Assembly (NCBI GenBank): GCA_963847335.1
Contig: CAWJZF010000004.1
Location: 269,063-333,062 of the forward strand
Length of the DNA stretch: 64,000 bases
Direction: 5' to 3'
Origin: an uncultured Gammaproteobacteria bacterium
GTDB lineage: Bacteria > Pseudomonadota > Gammaproteobacteria > Xanthomonadales > Rhodanobacteraceae
Shown here: one piece after another, positions 1 to 14,920 of the stretch
How the letters are laid out: each line of letters opens with the position of its first letter
Numbering within the stretch: the stretch's first letter is position 1
The notes under the pieces: generated by a model
Told to the model about the DNA's origin: nothing
What the model saw: the letters and a program-made list of their open reading frames with translations, nothing else
The model's database searches: none
Position numbers and translations under genes: made by a program

Positions 1-232
1 GGCGCCGTGCATCCGGCAGACCGATCCGCGCGGCCGCACCATCTGGTGGATCGGCCCGGCCGGCGAGATCGACGATGCCGGCCCGGGTACGGATTTCGAT
101 GCCGTGCAGCGCGGCTTCGTCTCGGTGACGCCGATCCATGTCGACCTGACCCGGTTCCAGGCGCTGGACAAAGTCAGCAGCTGGATGCTTGCGCTGTCCG
201 AACGGATGGCCGATGGCGAGAAGGTGAGCTGA
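1..232 (+). CDS. surE: 5'/3'-nucleotidase SurE, C-terminal part (truncated by window)
   Basis: Frame 2 reads [15 protein letters not shown]...[22 protein letters not shown]; stop overlaps the pcm ATG. Confidence 0.9.
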   Translation, partial: APCIRQTDPRGRTIWWIGPAGEIDDAGPGTDFDAVQRGFVSVTPIHVDLTRFQALDKVSSWMLALSERMADGEKVS

Positions 233-915
233 TGGCCAACCTTCACTCGCTCCCGGCATCGGCTCTGCGCGGCGAAGGCATGACCTCGCAGCGCGCACGC
301 GACCGGTTGGTGACGAAACTCAAGGAAGAGGGCATCGCCGATACCCGCGTGCTGGAGGTGATCCGTCACCTGGCCCGGCATCATTTCATCGACCAGGCGC
401 TGCATTCGCGCGCCTATGAAAACACCGCCTTGCCGATCGGCCATGGACAGACCATTTCGCAACCCTGGATCGTCGCGCGCATGACCGAGGCGCTGATCGA
501 GGACGGCGTGCCCGGACGCGTGCTGGAAATCGGTACCGGCTCGGGCTACCAGGCCGCGGTGCTGGCCGCGCTGGTGCCGCAGGTGTTCACCGTCGAGCGG
601 ATCGAGGAACTGCTGCGCCAGGCGCGCCGTCGTTTCCGCCAGCTTGGCATCGAGAACCTGCGTTCGCGCCATGACGACGGCAAGCTCGGCTGGCCCGACG
701 AGGCGCCATTCGACGCCATCATCCTTACCGCCGCCGGCGACCGCATTCCCACGCAACTGCTCGACCAGCTCAAACCCGGCGGCATCCTCGTCGCCCCCGT
801 CGGCTCGCCGAGCAAGCAGACCCTGGTCCGCCTGCGCAAGGACGGGCAGGGCGAGATGAGTCGCGAGGACCTGGGCGCGGTCAGTTTCGTTCCCCTGCTC
901 GGCGGCATCGGCTGA
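232..915 (+). CDS. pcm: Protein-L-isoaspartate O-methyltransferase
   Basis: [12 protein letters not shown] and [13 protein letters not shown] motifs; surE-pcm synteny. Confidence 0.95.
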   Translation: MANLHSLPASALRGEGMTSQRARDRLVTKLKEEGIADTRVLEVIRHLARHHFIDQALHSRAYENTALPIGHGQTISQPWIVARMTEALIEDGVPGRVLEIGTGSGYQAAVLAALVPQVFTVERIEELLRQARRRFRQLGIENLRSRHDDGKLGWPDEAPFDAIILTAAGDRIPTQLLDQLKPGGILVAPVGSPSKQTLVRLRKDGQGEMSREDLGAVSFVPLLGGIG

Positions 916-944
916 TGAGCCTCACTCCCGGAAGGAACCGCTGA

Positions 945-1553
945 ATGCGGCTATTTGGAAACCTCTACGAGCGCGCCATCCAATGGGCACGCCATCCCCT
1001 CGCGGTACGGTACCTCGCAGGTTTGAGCTTCGTCGAAGCGTTCATCTTCCCGGTGATGCCGGAAGTGATGCTGGCACCGATGATGCTGGCCAAACCGGAC
1101 AAAGCGTTCCGTTATGCCAACATCAGCCTGCTGTTTTCGCTGCTCGGTTCGGTGGTCGGCTATGCGCTCGGCCACTACGCCTTCCAGGCACTCTCGCCGC
1201 TGCTCGACTCGCTGCACCTGCTGGCACCGATCAATGCCGGCGTGGAGAACCTGCGCCAGCAGATGAACCAGCACTGGCTCGGGCTGCTCGTCGTGCTCGC
1301 GCTGGCCGCGCTGCAGCCGGTGGTGCCGATGAAGTTCGTGACCTGGGCATCGGGTATCGTCGGCGTGCCGGTGGTCCCGTTCCTGGTCTGCATGCTGGTC
1401 GGCCGCGGCAAGCGCGTATGGCTGCTGGCCTTGCTGATCAGGCTGTTCGGCGAGCGCGCTGAACGCATGTTGCACAAACATATCGAATGGATCGGTTGGG
1501 CTGCTATCGTCGCGCTCGTGGTGCTCGGCGTCTGGTGGTTCCTGTTGCGATGA
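945..1553 (+). CDS. YqaA/DedA-like membrane protein
   Basis: Hydrophobic; SFVEAFIFPVMPEVML motif; typical position between pcm and nlpD. Confidence 0.85.
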   Translation: MRLFGNLYERAIQWARHPLAVRYLAGLSFVEAFIFPVMPEVMLAPMMLAKPDKAFRYANISLLFSLLGSVVGYALGHYAFQALSPLLDSLHLLAPINAGVENLRQQMNQHWLGLLVVLALAALQPVVPMKFVTWASGIVGVPVVPFLVCMLVGRGKRVWLLALLIRLFGERAERMLHKHIEWIGWAAIVALVVLGVWWFLLR

Positions 1554-1566
1554 AAGGAAGTCAACG

Positions 1567-2580
1567 ATGCGCGTGATTGGGTGGGCTTGCCCCGGGTCGA
1601 TGGCGAGGGCGATGCGGTGGCCGCTGCTGGTGCTGGCGACGCTGGTCGTCGCCGCCTGCGGTACGACGCGCAGCTCCGTCGTGGTCCAGCGCACCGGCAG
1701 CTACGAGCCGGAGCACAGCGTGCGCGCCCCGCCGCCCGGCGGCAGCTATCAGGTCAGCAAGGGCGACACCCTCTATAGCATCGCCTTCCGCAACAAGGTC
1801 GATTTCCGCGACCTTGCGCGCTGGAACGGGATCGACTCCCCGTACACCATCTGGCCCGGCCAGAACCTGCGGCTTTCGCCGCCGGGCGGCCAGACGGTCA
1901 ATCCGGCCACGACCAATCCGGCCGTGGTCGCCGCGATCGCCAGGGCGAGCAAGCCCGCCGCCGGGCCTGTTCATGCCGTCACCCCGCCACCCGTCGCGCC
2001 AGCGTTTGAGACGGTAAAGGGGGACGACCAGCCGGCACCGGCCCAGTCCACGGCATCCGTTCCGGCGCCTGCCACGACCGTCGTCGTCGCCGGCGCGCCT
2101 CCGGTCACGGTGACTCCGGGCCCGATCGCGACGCCGGCTCCGGCCACAACACCTTCGCCGGCGGCGGCGCCTGCCGCGCCGATCGCCGCCGGCGCCATGC
2201 GTCAGGCAGGCGGTATCGCCTGGCGCTGGCCGGCCGATGGTTCACTGATCAAGAAATTCCAGGCTGGCGATGCGATTCCCGGCATCGAGATCGCGGGCAA
2301 GAGCGGCGATCCGGTCCGTTCGACCGCCGACGGCGTCGTCGTCTATAGCGGCAATGGCCTGGTCGGCTACGGCGAACTGGTGATCATCAAGCACAGCGAC
2401 AGCTTCCTGTCCGCCTATGGCCACAACCGCAAGCGCCTGGTCAAGGAAGGCGAAAAGGTGAAGGCCGGGCAGGTCGTCGCCGAGATGGGTTCGAGCGGTG
2501 CCTCGCGCGACGAGCTGCAGTTCCAGATCCGCCGCGACGGCAATCCGGTCGATCCGCTGCAATACCTGCCGCCGCGCTGA
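1567..2580 (+). CDS. nlpD: LysM/M23 lipoprotein NlpD (true start may be a later Met)
   Basis: Lipobox VAAC, LysM YQVSKGDTLYSIA, M23 domain YGELVIIKH...SAYGHN. Confidence 0.9.
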   Translation: MRVIGWACPGSMARAMRWPLLVLATLVVAACGTTRSSVVVQRTGSYEPEHSVRAPPPGGSYQVSKGDTLYSIAFRNKVDFRDLARWNGIDSPYTIWPGQNLRLSPPGGQTVNPATTNPAVVAAIARASKPAAGPVHAVTPPPVAPAFETVKGDDQPAPAQSTASVPAPATTVVVAGAPPVTVTPGPIATPAPATTPSPAAAPAAPIAAGAMRQAGGIAWRWPADGSLIKKFQAGDAIPGIEIAGKSGDPVRSTADGVVVYSGNGLVGYGELVIIKHSDSFLSAYGHNRKRLVKEGEKVKAGQVVAEMGSSGASRDELQFQIRRDGNPVDPLQYLPPR

Positions 2581-2584
2581 TATC

Positions 2585-2708
2585 CGGGGAACGGGGAGCG
2601 GGGAACGTGAGAGTTTGAGGTTGTGACAATGTCACTCCTCGCGCGTGCCCCCGGAACCCGGATTTCCCGCGGCCTGCGCTGTTCCCCGTTCCCCGTTCCC
2701 CGTTCCCG
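2585..2708. repeat. Inverted heptamer arrays (CGGGGAA)n / (GTTCCCC)n
   Basis: Three or four units at 2585-2612 and four complementary units at 2681-2708. Confidence 0.7.
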
Positions 2709-3078
2709 TCTCCAGAATGAAAGCGGCGACCACGCGCCGGCCTTCGCCGGCCAGCAGGCTATACGTCCGTGCGACGGCGGCATTGGTCATCACCTCGATA
2801 CCGATGCCCAGGCGCAGGAAGCTGGCCATGACCGCGGCCGGCGGGAAGACCTGGCGCTCGCCGGTGCCGAGCAGGACGACCTCGGGTTTCAGTTCCAGCA
2901 GGGCGGCGACCGCGGCCTCGCCGAGGGCGCGCGCGTCCGTGGCCGGCCAGTGCTCGACCAGCCGGTCCGGGGCAAGCAGGAAGCTGGCGGTCACGTCGCG
3001 ATCGACGACGGTGATGCGATCGGGAGCGACGCGGCGGACGAACAGGTATTCGCCCGGGTGTTCGAACGACAGTTCCAT
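2632..3078 (-). CDS. Mth938-like (DUF498) protein
   Basis: PEVVLLGTG...GIEVMTNAAVARTYSLLAGEGRRV motif. Confidence 0.85.
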   Translation of the reverse strand: MELSFEHPGEYLFVRRVAPDRITVVDRDVTASFLLAPDRLVEHWPATDARALGEAAVAALLELKPEVVLLGTGERQVFPPAAVMASFLRLGIGIEVMTNAAVARTYSLLAGEGRRVVAAFILETGTGNGERGTAQAAGNPGSGGTREE

Positions 3079-3091
3079 GGCGGCGTCCGGC

Positions 3092-3388
3092 TCAGCGCGG
3101 CAGCGCGAGCTTCGGGTCCTGGGTATTGCGCAGAAACAGGACGGCGACGTGGCCGATCTGCTGGATCACTTCGGCACCGGTACCCTGGGTGAGCACGTCC
3201 ACCTGCTGCTGGCGCTCGTCGCGGTCGCCGCCGGAAAGCTTCACCTTGACCAGTTCATGGTGGCCGAGGGCGAGCCCGAGCTCTTTCACCACGGCATCGG
3301 TCGCGCCCTTGTTGCCGAGCAGGATGACGGGCCCGAGATCGTGGGCGAGGCTGCGCAGGTAGCGGCGCTGGGTAGGGGAGAGCGGCAT
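3092..3388 (-). CDS. yhbY: Ribosome assembly RNA-binding protein YhbY
   Basis: [15 protein letters not shown]...HELVKVK...[10 protein letters not shown]; divergent from rlmE. Confidence 0.92.
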   Translation of the reverse strand: MPLSPTQRRYLRSLAHDLGPVILLGNKGATDAVVKELGLALGHHELVKVKLSGGDRDERQQQVDVLTQGTGAEVIQQIGHVAVLFLRNTQDPKLALPR

Positions 3389-3471
3389 GCGTTCAGTTTC
3401 GATTCGCGGAGGGGGGATGGCAAAGGGTATCATGGCCCCCCTGGACTCCCTATCTTCTATGGCCGTTGCCG

Positions 3472-4118
3472 ATGGCGCGCAGCAAGACTAGTTCCCGCTG
3501 GCTGCGGGAACATTTCGACGATGTCTACGTGAAGCGCGCCCAGGCCGAAGGGTTGCGTTCGCGCGCCATTTTCAAGCTGGAAGAGCTGATCGATCGCGAC
3601 CGTATCATCAAGCCGGGCATGATCGTGGTCGATCTGGGCGCCGCCCCGGGCGGCTGGTCCCAGCTGGCCCGCCAGCGCCTCGGCGACACCGGCAAGGTGA
3701 TCGCGCTGGATATCCTGCCGATGGACGGCCTGGCCGGCGTGGACTTCATGCAGGGCGATTTTCGCGAGGAAACCGTGCTTCGGGAGTTCGAACAGAAGCT
3801 CGAGGGAGCCAAGGTCGATCTTGTCCTGTCCGATATGGCCCCCAATATGAGCGGTGTAGCCCTGGCCGACCAGATCCGTGCGATGGACCTGTGCGAGCTG
3901 GCGCTCGATTTCAGCCGGCAATGGCTGAAGCCGGACGGGGCATTCCTGGTGAAGCTTTTCCAGGGTGCCGGCTTCGATGAGTACTTGCGCACCTTGCGCG
4001 CGCAATTCATGCGCGTGACTATGCGTAAACCGAAGGCCTCCCGCGCCCGTTCGCGGGAGGTCTATGCGCTGGCGGTGGGGCTGAAAACCCCGGGCCGGCA
4101 ACCAGGCGAGAACCGCGC

Positions 4119-4122
<4 letters not shown>
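3472..4122 (+). CDS. rlmE: 23S rRNA Um2552 methyltransferase RlmE
   Basis: [34 protein letters not shown]. Confidence 0.96.
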
Positions 4123-6056
<1,934 letters not shown>

Positions 6057-6067
6057 GCGACGCCCTT

Positions 6068-6108
6068 CGAAACGAAGAGGCGGCCCACGGGCCGCCTCTT
6101 CGTTTTTC
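6068..6108 (+). terminator. Intrinsic terminator after ftsH
   Basis: AAACGAAGAGGCGGCCC-AC-GGGCCGCCTCTTCGTTTTT hairpin plus U tract. Confidence 0.8.
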
Positions 6109-6286
6109 GAGGGAGAGAAGCAGGGAAGAGTAGCGAGGGCGCAATGATGAAGTCTGGGATGGCCATCTGCTTTGCGCGGATGCTCTCGCGGCATGAACGA
6201 CTCGGCATGGTGCATCCTGGCGCCCTCGCTACTCGCCCCTGATCCCTGCTCATTTCACTTTATGTGAATTTTTTTGACGAAAAGTA

Positions 6287-6315
6287 TTGACGCCCACGTC
6301 CATAATCTGAATAAT
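6287..6315 (+). promoter_or_regulatory. Sigma70 promoter of tRNA-Arg(ACG)
   Basis: TTGACG-17 bp-AATAAT with AT-rich upstream sequence. Confidence 0.6.
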
Positions 6316-6382
6316 TCCGCTTCTTGATTCGCCGCCGACACAATGCAGCAACGTTGAAGCAGTGAAGCAAACCGTTTTGTGT

Positions 6383-6459
6383 GCGCCCGTAGCTCAGTTG
6401 GATAGAGTACCAGGCTACGAACTTGGTGGTCGGGAGTTCGAATCTCTCCGGGCGCACCA
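6383..6459 (+). tRNA. tRNA-Arg(ACG)
   Basis: Cloverleaf, anticodon ACG, encoded CCA. Confidence 0.95.
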
Positions 6460-6560
6460 TTTACAAACAGTCAAGCGGGAACAACTTGACTGGTTTTTGA
6501 ATCCGGTGAAAACCGCATCGAAAACACAAGTGATATGAAGTGTGGTGTGTTCCATGCGGA

Positions 6561-6589
6561 TTGACGGGACTGGTTATCACCCGTAACAT
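6561..6589 (+). promoter_or_regulatory. Sigma70 promoter of the tRNA-Pro/Arg/His/Lys cluster
   Basis: TTGACG-17 bp-TAACAT. Confidence 0.65.
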
Positions 6590-6634
6590 TCAAAGGCTTC
6601 GAAACGCGGTTGCGGGACGGGGTTTTTCTGGAAT

Positions 6635-6711
6635 CGGGGTATAGTTCAGTCTGGTAGAGCGCCAGCTTTGGGAGCTGGATGTCGTGGGTTCGAATCCCTC
6701 TGCCCCGACCA
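6635..6711 (+). tRNA. tRNA-Pro(TGG)
   Basis: CCAGC-TTTGGGA-GCTGG anticodon arm, CCA end. Confidence 0.95.
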
Positions 6712-6736
6712 ACGTGGCGTTCTACTTGCGGTGCCT

Positions 6737-6813
6737 GCGCCCGTAGCTCAACCGGATAGAGCATCGGCCTTCTAAGCCGACGGTTGCAGGTTCGAGTCCT
6801 GTCGGGCGCGCCA
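6737..6813 (+). tRNA. tRNA-Arg(TCT)
   Basis: TCGGC-CTTCTAA-GCCGA anticodon arm, CCA end. Confidence 0.95.
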
Positions 6814-6827
6814 GAAACAGGTTTTAT

Positions 6828-6905
6828 GGTGGGCGTAGCTCAGCTGGTTAGAGTACCGGATTGTGATTCCGGATGTCGTGGGTTCGAGTCCCATCGTCCA
6901 CCCCA
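6828..6905 (+). tRNA. tRNA-His(GTG), including G-1
   Basis: CCGGA-TTGTGAT-TCCGG anticodon arm, CCCCA end. Confidence 0.95.
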
Positions 6906-6920
6906 CTCAAAAAGTTAAAA

Positions 6921-6996
<76 letters not shown>

Positions 6997-7002
6997 ACTT
7001 GG

Positions 7003-7032
7003 AAAAGGACCCGGGAAACCGGGTCTTTTTTT
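7003..7032 (+). terminator. Terminator of the tRNA cluster
   Basis: GACCCGG-GAAA-CCGGGTC hairpin followed by T7. Confidence 0.8.
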
Positions 7033-7040
7033 GCGTTTTT

Positions 7041-7082
7041 CCTTCTCCCGGCGGGAGAAGCTGCCCGCAGGGCGGATGAGGG
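7041..7082. repeat. Palindromic REP-like element (second family)
   Basis: CTTCTCCCG-G-CGGGAGAAG hairpin followed by GCCC-GCA-GGGC; resembles dispersed proteobacterial intergenic palindromes; single copy in this window. Confidence 0.45.
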
Positions 7083-7114
7083 CGAGCCCGAAGCGGCGCG
7101 CGGTTTTAGTATCG

Positions 7115-7483
7115 CTACCGTGGCGCGTCCGCTTCGACCGATTCGCTGAGGTCGTATGTGCGATGGCACGCCACGCCATGCACGACATCGGCGCTCCATA
7201 TGCTGATGGAATCGGTGGTCGGTGGATCCGCTTCCGGTCCGCATATGCGGGCGTCGTAATCGCGGGTGCTGGCCGGCTGTGACGTCGGGCGATATTCGAG
7301 CGAGCCGTCGGGAAGTGGCTTAAGTACCTGCTCTATAAGTATATTTGTGCCATCACTGGCCAGGGCCAACACGGAGCGGAAGAGCGTTCGTTCGCCCCGA
7401 TCGTCGGTCGACTCATATTGGCCCATGACCTGGGCCACTGCCGATACCGGCAGTAGCAAAAGTCCCCACGGCAAGGTTCGCAT
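7115..7483 (-). CDS. Hypothetical secreted protein
   Basis: GGAG SD upstream; signal-peptide-like MRTLPWGLLLLPVSAVA-Q; no recognised domain. Confidence 0.5.
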   Translation of the reverse strand: MRTLPWGLLLLPVSAVAQVMGQYESTDDRGERTLFRSVLALASDGTNILIEQVLKPLPDGSLEYRPTSQPASTRDYDARICGPEADPPTTDSISIWSADVVHGVACHRTYDLSESVEADAPR

Positions 7484-7732
7484 GGCTTGGTGCTCCACTG
7501 GGATGATCGGGCAGGCCTTGGCGGCACAACGTCCAGAATCCGGGCATTCGTCGGTGTCGTAAGTCGGAAAAGGCTGATTTTCGCGTCCGTAATGCCCTCG
7601 GTGACGGCTTTGGCGTCTTGTGCCCAGCCTGTCCGCGCCCGTAAAATGGTCCGCTTTCGTGCAAGGGAATCATCGACTTGGCGCCGGTTCCCGCGTGAAC
7701 GGGGCAGGGGCTTCGGGGATGCCCTTCACGAT

Positions 7733-7817
7733 GCGAGAGTGGCGGAATTGGTAGACGCACCAGATTTAGGTTCTGGCGGGGTAACCCGTGGGGGTTCGAG
7801 TCCCCCCTTTCGCACCA
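7733..7817 (+). tRNA. tRNA-Leu(TAG)
   Basis: CCAGA-TTTAGGT-TCTGG arm, long variable arm, CCA; usual position before tig. Confidence 0.95.
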
Positions 7818-7888
7818 AATCCAATGAGTTCGGTACGGCGGCCGATTGCCGCCATCGCGCCTAATCAACGGCGGTTTCAGGAGTGGTC

Positions 7889-9181
7889 ATGCAGGTTTCG
7901 GTTGAGAACGTCGGCAAGCTCGAGCGCAAGCTCACGGTGAAAATCCCGGCCGAGCGCCTTGATGCGCAGGTCAGCGAACGGATCGCGGAAATGGGGCGCA
8001 CGGTGCGCCTGAAGGGTTTCCGCCCGGGCAAGGTGCCGCTCAACGTGATCAAGCAGCGCTTTGGCGCGCAGGTCCACGGCGAGGCGCTGTCCGACCTGAT
8101 CGGTACCAGCCTGCGCGAGGCGGTGGAGCAGGAAAAACTGCGTCCGATCGCCAATCCGTCGATCGAGACCACCGGCGCGCCGGAAGACGGCGAGATCGCC
8201 TATACGGCTACCTTCGAAATCATGCCGGAGTTCCCGGTCATCGATGTCAGCGGGCTTGAGATCGCCCGTCCGGTTGCCTCGGTGGGTGACGAAGACATCG
8301 AGAAGATGATCGAAACCCTGCGCATGCAGCGTCGCAGCTTCGACGAAGTCGATCGTGCCTCGAAGGACGGCGATTTCGTGATGTTCGAGTACTCGGCCGA
8401 AACCGAAGGTTACCGTTTCCCGGCCGAAGGCCTGGAGCGTGCCGGCAGCGTGCTCGGTTCCGGCACCCTGTTCGCGGCCCTGGACAAGGCCCTGACCGAC
8501 CGTAGCGCCGGCGACGATGCCGTCACCGACATCGAGTTCCCGACCGATTTCCGCAATACCGACCTGGCCGGCAAGACCGCCAAAGTCACCCTCAAGGTGA
8601 TCAAGGTCCAGGCGCCGAACCTGCCGGCGGTCGACGCCGAGTTCGTGCGCAGCTTCGGCGTCGCCGACGGCGAGCTGGAATCGTTCAGGAAGGAAGTGCG
8701 CGCCAACCTCGAGCGCGAGCTGAAGGCGACGCTGATGGCCCGCCTGAAGTCCGAAGTGGCCGAGAAGCTGGCCGGCGCCTACCCGGAGCTGGACGTGCCG
8801 AAACTGATGGTCCAGGGCGAGGCCCGCTCGATGGCGGCCGGCAACACGCCGCGCGGCCAGGAGCCGGCGCCGCAGCTGGTCGCCGCCGCCGAGCCGTTCG
8901 CGCGCAAGCGCGTCGCCGCGGCCCTGCTGATGGGCGAAATCGCCCGCAAGAACGAGATCCGGGTCGATCGCAAGCGCATGGCCGAAATGCTGACCGCGAT
9001 TGCTTCCACCTATGAAGAACCGGAAAAGGTCATTGAACTCTATAACGGTGATCCCCAACTGATGTCTGGGCTGCAGAACCGCGTGATGGAAGACCAGGTG
9101 GCCGAGTGGGTGGCCGATCATGCCAAAACCACCGACCAGAACCTGAGCTTCGACGAGGTGATGCGCCCGGTCGGCGCCTGA
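7889..9181 (+). CDS. tig: Trigger factor
   Basis: GFRPGKVP ribosome-binding signature; tig-clpP-clpX-lon synteny. Confidence 0.96.
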   Translation: MQVSVENVGKLERKLTVKIPAERLDAQVSERIAEMGRTVRLKGFRPGKVPLNVIKQRFGAQVHGEALSDLIGTSLREAVEQEKLRPIANPSIETTGAPEDGEIAYTATFEIMPEFPVIDVSGLEIARPVASVGDEDIEKMIETLRMQRRSFDEVDRASKDGDFVMFEYSAETEGYRFPAEGLERAGSVLGSGTLFAALDKALTDRSAGDDAVTDIEFPTDFRNTDLAGKTAKVTLKVIKVQAPNLPAVDAEFVRSFGVADGELESFRKEVRANLERELKATLMARLKSEVAEKLAGAYPELDVPKLMVQGEARSMAAGNTPRGQEPAPQLVAAAEPFARKRVAAALLMGEIARKNEIRVDRKRMAEMLTAIASTYEEPEKVIELYNGDPQLMSGLQNRVMEDQVAEWVADHAKTTDQNLSFDEVMRPVGA

Positions 9182-9225
9182 TACGCTGACCCAAGACTTT
9201 CAGGGCACATCCCGGAGCGAGCGAC

Positions 9226-9855
9226 ATGTCCACGATCCAGAATCTCAATTTGGTGCCGATCGTGGTCGAACAGACCAGCCGCGGCGAGCGCGCGTACGAC
9301 ATCTATTCGCGCCTGCTCAAGGAGCGGGTGATCTTCCTGGTCGGCGGCGTCGACGACTATGTGGCCAACGTGATCGTCGCGCAGATGCTGTTCCTCGAGG
9401 CCGAAAATCCGGAGAAGGACATCAACCTGTACATCAACTCGCCCGGGCGGCGTCGGTCACCGCCGGCCTGGCGATCTACGACACCATGCAGTTCATCAAG
9501 CCGGACGTCAGCACGATGTGCATCGGCCAGGCCGCCAGCATGGGCGCGCTGCTGCTGGCCGCCGGCGCCAAGGGCAAGCGCTATGCGCTGCCGAATTCGC
9601 GGATGATGATCCACCAGCCCTGGGCCGGCGGCTTCCAGGGCCAGGCCACGCGACATCGACATCCACGCCCGCGAGATCCTGACCCTGCGCCAGCGCCTGA
9701 ACGAGATCCTGGCCAAGCACACCGGGCAAGCCGCTCGAGACGATCGCCCGCGACACCGAGCGCGACAACTTCAAGAGCGCCGAGGCCGCGCGCGAGTACG
9801 GCCTGATCGACTCGGTGCTGGAACGGCGCCCGAGACTCGATCCAGACCGGTCTGA
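9226..9855 (+). CDS. clpP: ClpP protease proteolytic subunit (several apparent frameshifts; end approximate)
   Basis: [28 protein letters not shown] and MIHQP fall in different frames. Confidence 0.9.
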
Positions 9856-9974
9856 CAGATCGGCCTGATTCGACCGATTTCTCGCCGCGCATGGCCGTCC
9901 GCGCGCCCGCGACCCGGGCGCGGACCGCTGTGCTATTCTCGGGCCGCACCCGGATTCACAGTAGGGCGCAGAGC

Positions 9975-11280
<1,306 letters not shown>

Positions 11281-11460
11281 ATTCGCAAGCTCTTGCGTAG
11301 TCATTCACGGCCCCGGCGAGCAGTGCCCGGGGCCGTTTTCATTGGTTAATCGTGACCGGCCCTTGACGGCTCCCCCTGCCGCCACCACTTGCATCGTGTA
11401 TGCGGACTCCGGCGCAGTGTCGGGGCCAAGCCCCCATTCATTGCCCCCAGGGAACACTCA

Positions 11461-13984
<2,524 letters not shown>

Positions 13985-14034
13985 TTAGACAGGCATTAAT
14001 GCCCGTCCTCGATTGACGTCCGATGAGGGGAAAC

Positions 14035-14078
14035 AGAGAAACGCGCAGTGCTTTCAGGCTGCGCGTTTCTTTTTTTCC
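14035..14078 (+). terminator. Terminator after lon
   Basis: AGAAACGCGCAG...CTGCGCGTTTCT stem followed by T tract. Confidence 0.7.
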
Positions 14079-14385
14079 GATGGACTCACTCGATTTTTCA
14101 TTACGGTTTTCTTGCGCCGCCGCTACCTGTTCGAACGCCATAAGGCAAGTGCTCGGTGCGTGATGCATACGCGCTGAAAGCCTTGGTATTGCTTGTATTG
14201 CGGAGGTTGGGGGGCACTGGTATAAAGGCGGCACCGCAATCCGTCTGCCATGACTGGAGGACGGCGATAGCGGGGTCGCGGGACGGCAACCCGGCGGAGG
14301 ACATTGCATCCACCGCCCAGTGGCGTCGTCTCGTCCCAGACTGAATCATGCGGGTCGAATAACCGTTTAAAGGGAGTGTCGAATA

Positions 14386-14658
14386 ATGAATAAATCCGAA
14401 CTTATCGCTGCTGTCGCTGAGAGCGCCGAACTGTCCAAGGCCGATGCCGGCCGTGCACTCGAGGCACTCATCGAGGCAGTGAAGAAGACGCTGAAGAAGG
14501 GCGACGACGTGTCGCTGGTCGGCTTCGGCACCTTCACCGTGCGCAAGCGCGCCGCCCGTACCGGCCGCAACCCGCGCACGAACGAGGAAATCAAGATCAA
14601 GGCGTCCAAGGTCCCGGCATTCAAGGCTGGCAAGGCGCTCAAGGATCACCTAAACTAA
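14386..14658 (+). CDS. hupB: HU family DNA-binding protein
   Basis: MNKSELI...GFGTF...RTGRNPRT; position after lon. Confidence 0.95.
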   Translation: MNKSELIAAVAESAELSKADAGRALEALIEAVKKTLKKGDDVSLVGFGTFTVRKRAARTGRNPRTNEEIKIKASKVPAFKAGKALKDHLN

Positions 14659-14675
14659 TCGCTTTCCCGTCTGAC

Positions 14676-14750
14676 GGGTGCTTAGCTCAGCGGTAGAGCG
14701 TCGCCTTTACACGGCGATGGTCGGGGGTTCGATCCCCTCAGCACCCACCA
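14676..14750 (+). tRNA. tRNA-Val(TAC)
   Basis: TCGCC-TTTACAC-GGCGA arm, CCA end. Confidence 0.95.
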
Positions 14751-14758
14751 ACGGACGC

Positions 14759-14835
14759 GGAGTGGTAGTTCAGTCGGTTAGAATGCTGGCCTGTCACGCC
14801 GGAGGTCGCGGGTTCGAGTCCCGTCCACTCCGCCA
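14759..14835 (+). tRNA. tRNA-Asp(GTC)
   Basis: CTGGC-CTGTCAC-GCCGG arm, CCA end. Confidence 0.95.
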
Positions 14836-14920
14836 TAGTCTGTAAAGGCGCCCGTGTGGCGCCTTTACTTTGTATACGCCTGGCGTCGCCGCCAGGCCCC
14901 TGAAGAACGCGGATCGCCCC

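Noticed and set aside
11360-11392. Sigma32 promoter upstream of lon
   Set aside because: CTTGAC...CACCACTT is only a partial match and lies in an error-rich region; plausible but not supportable.
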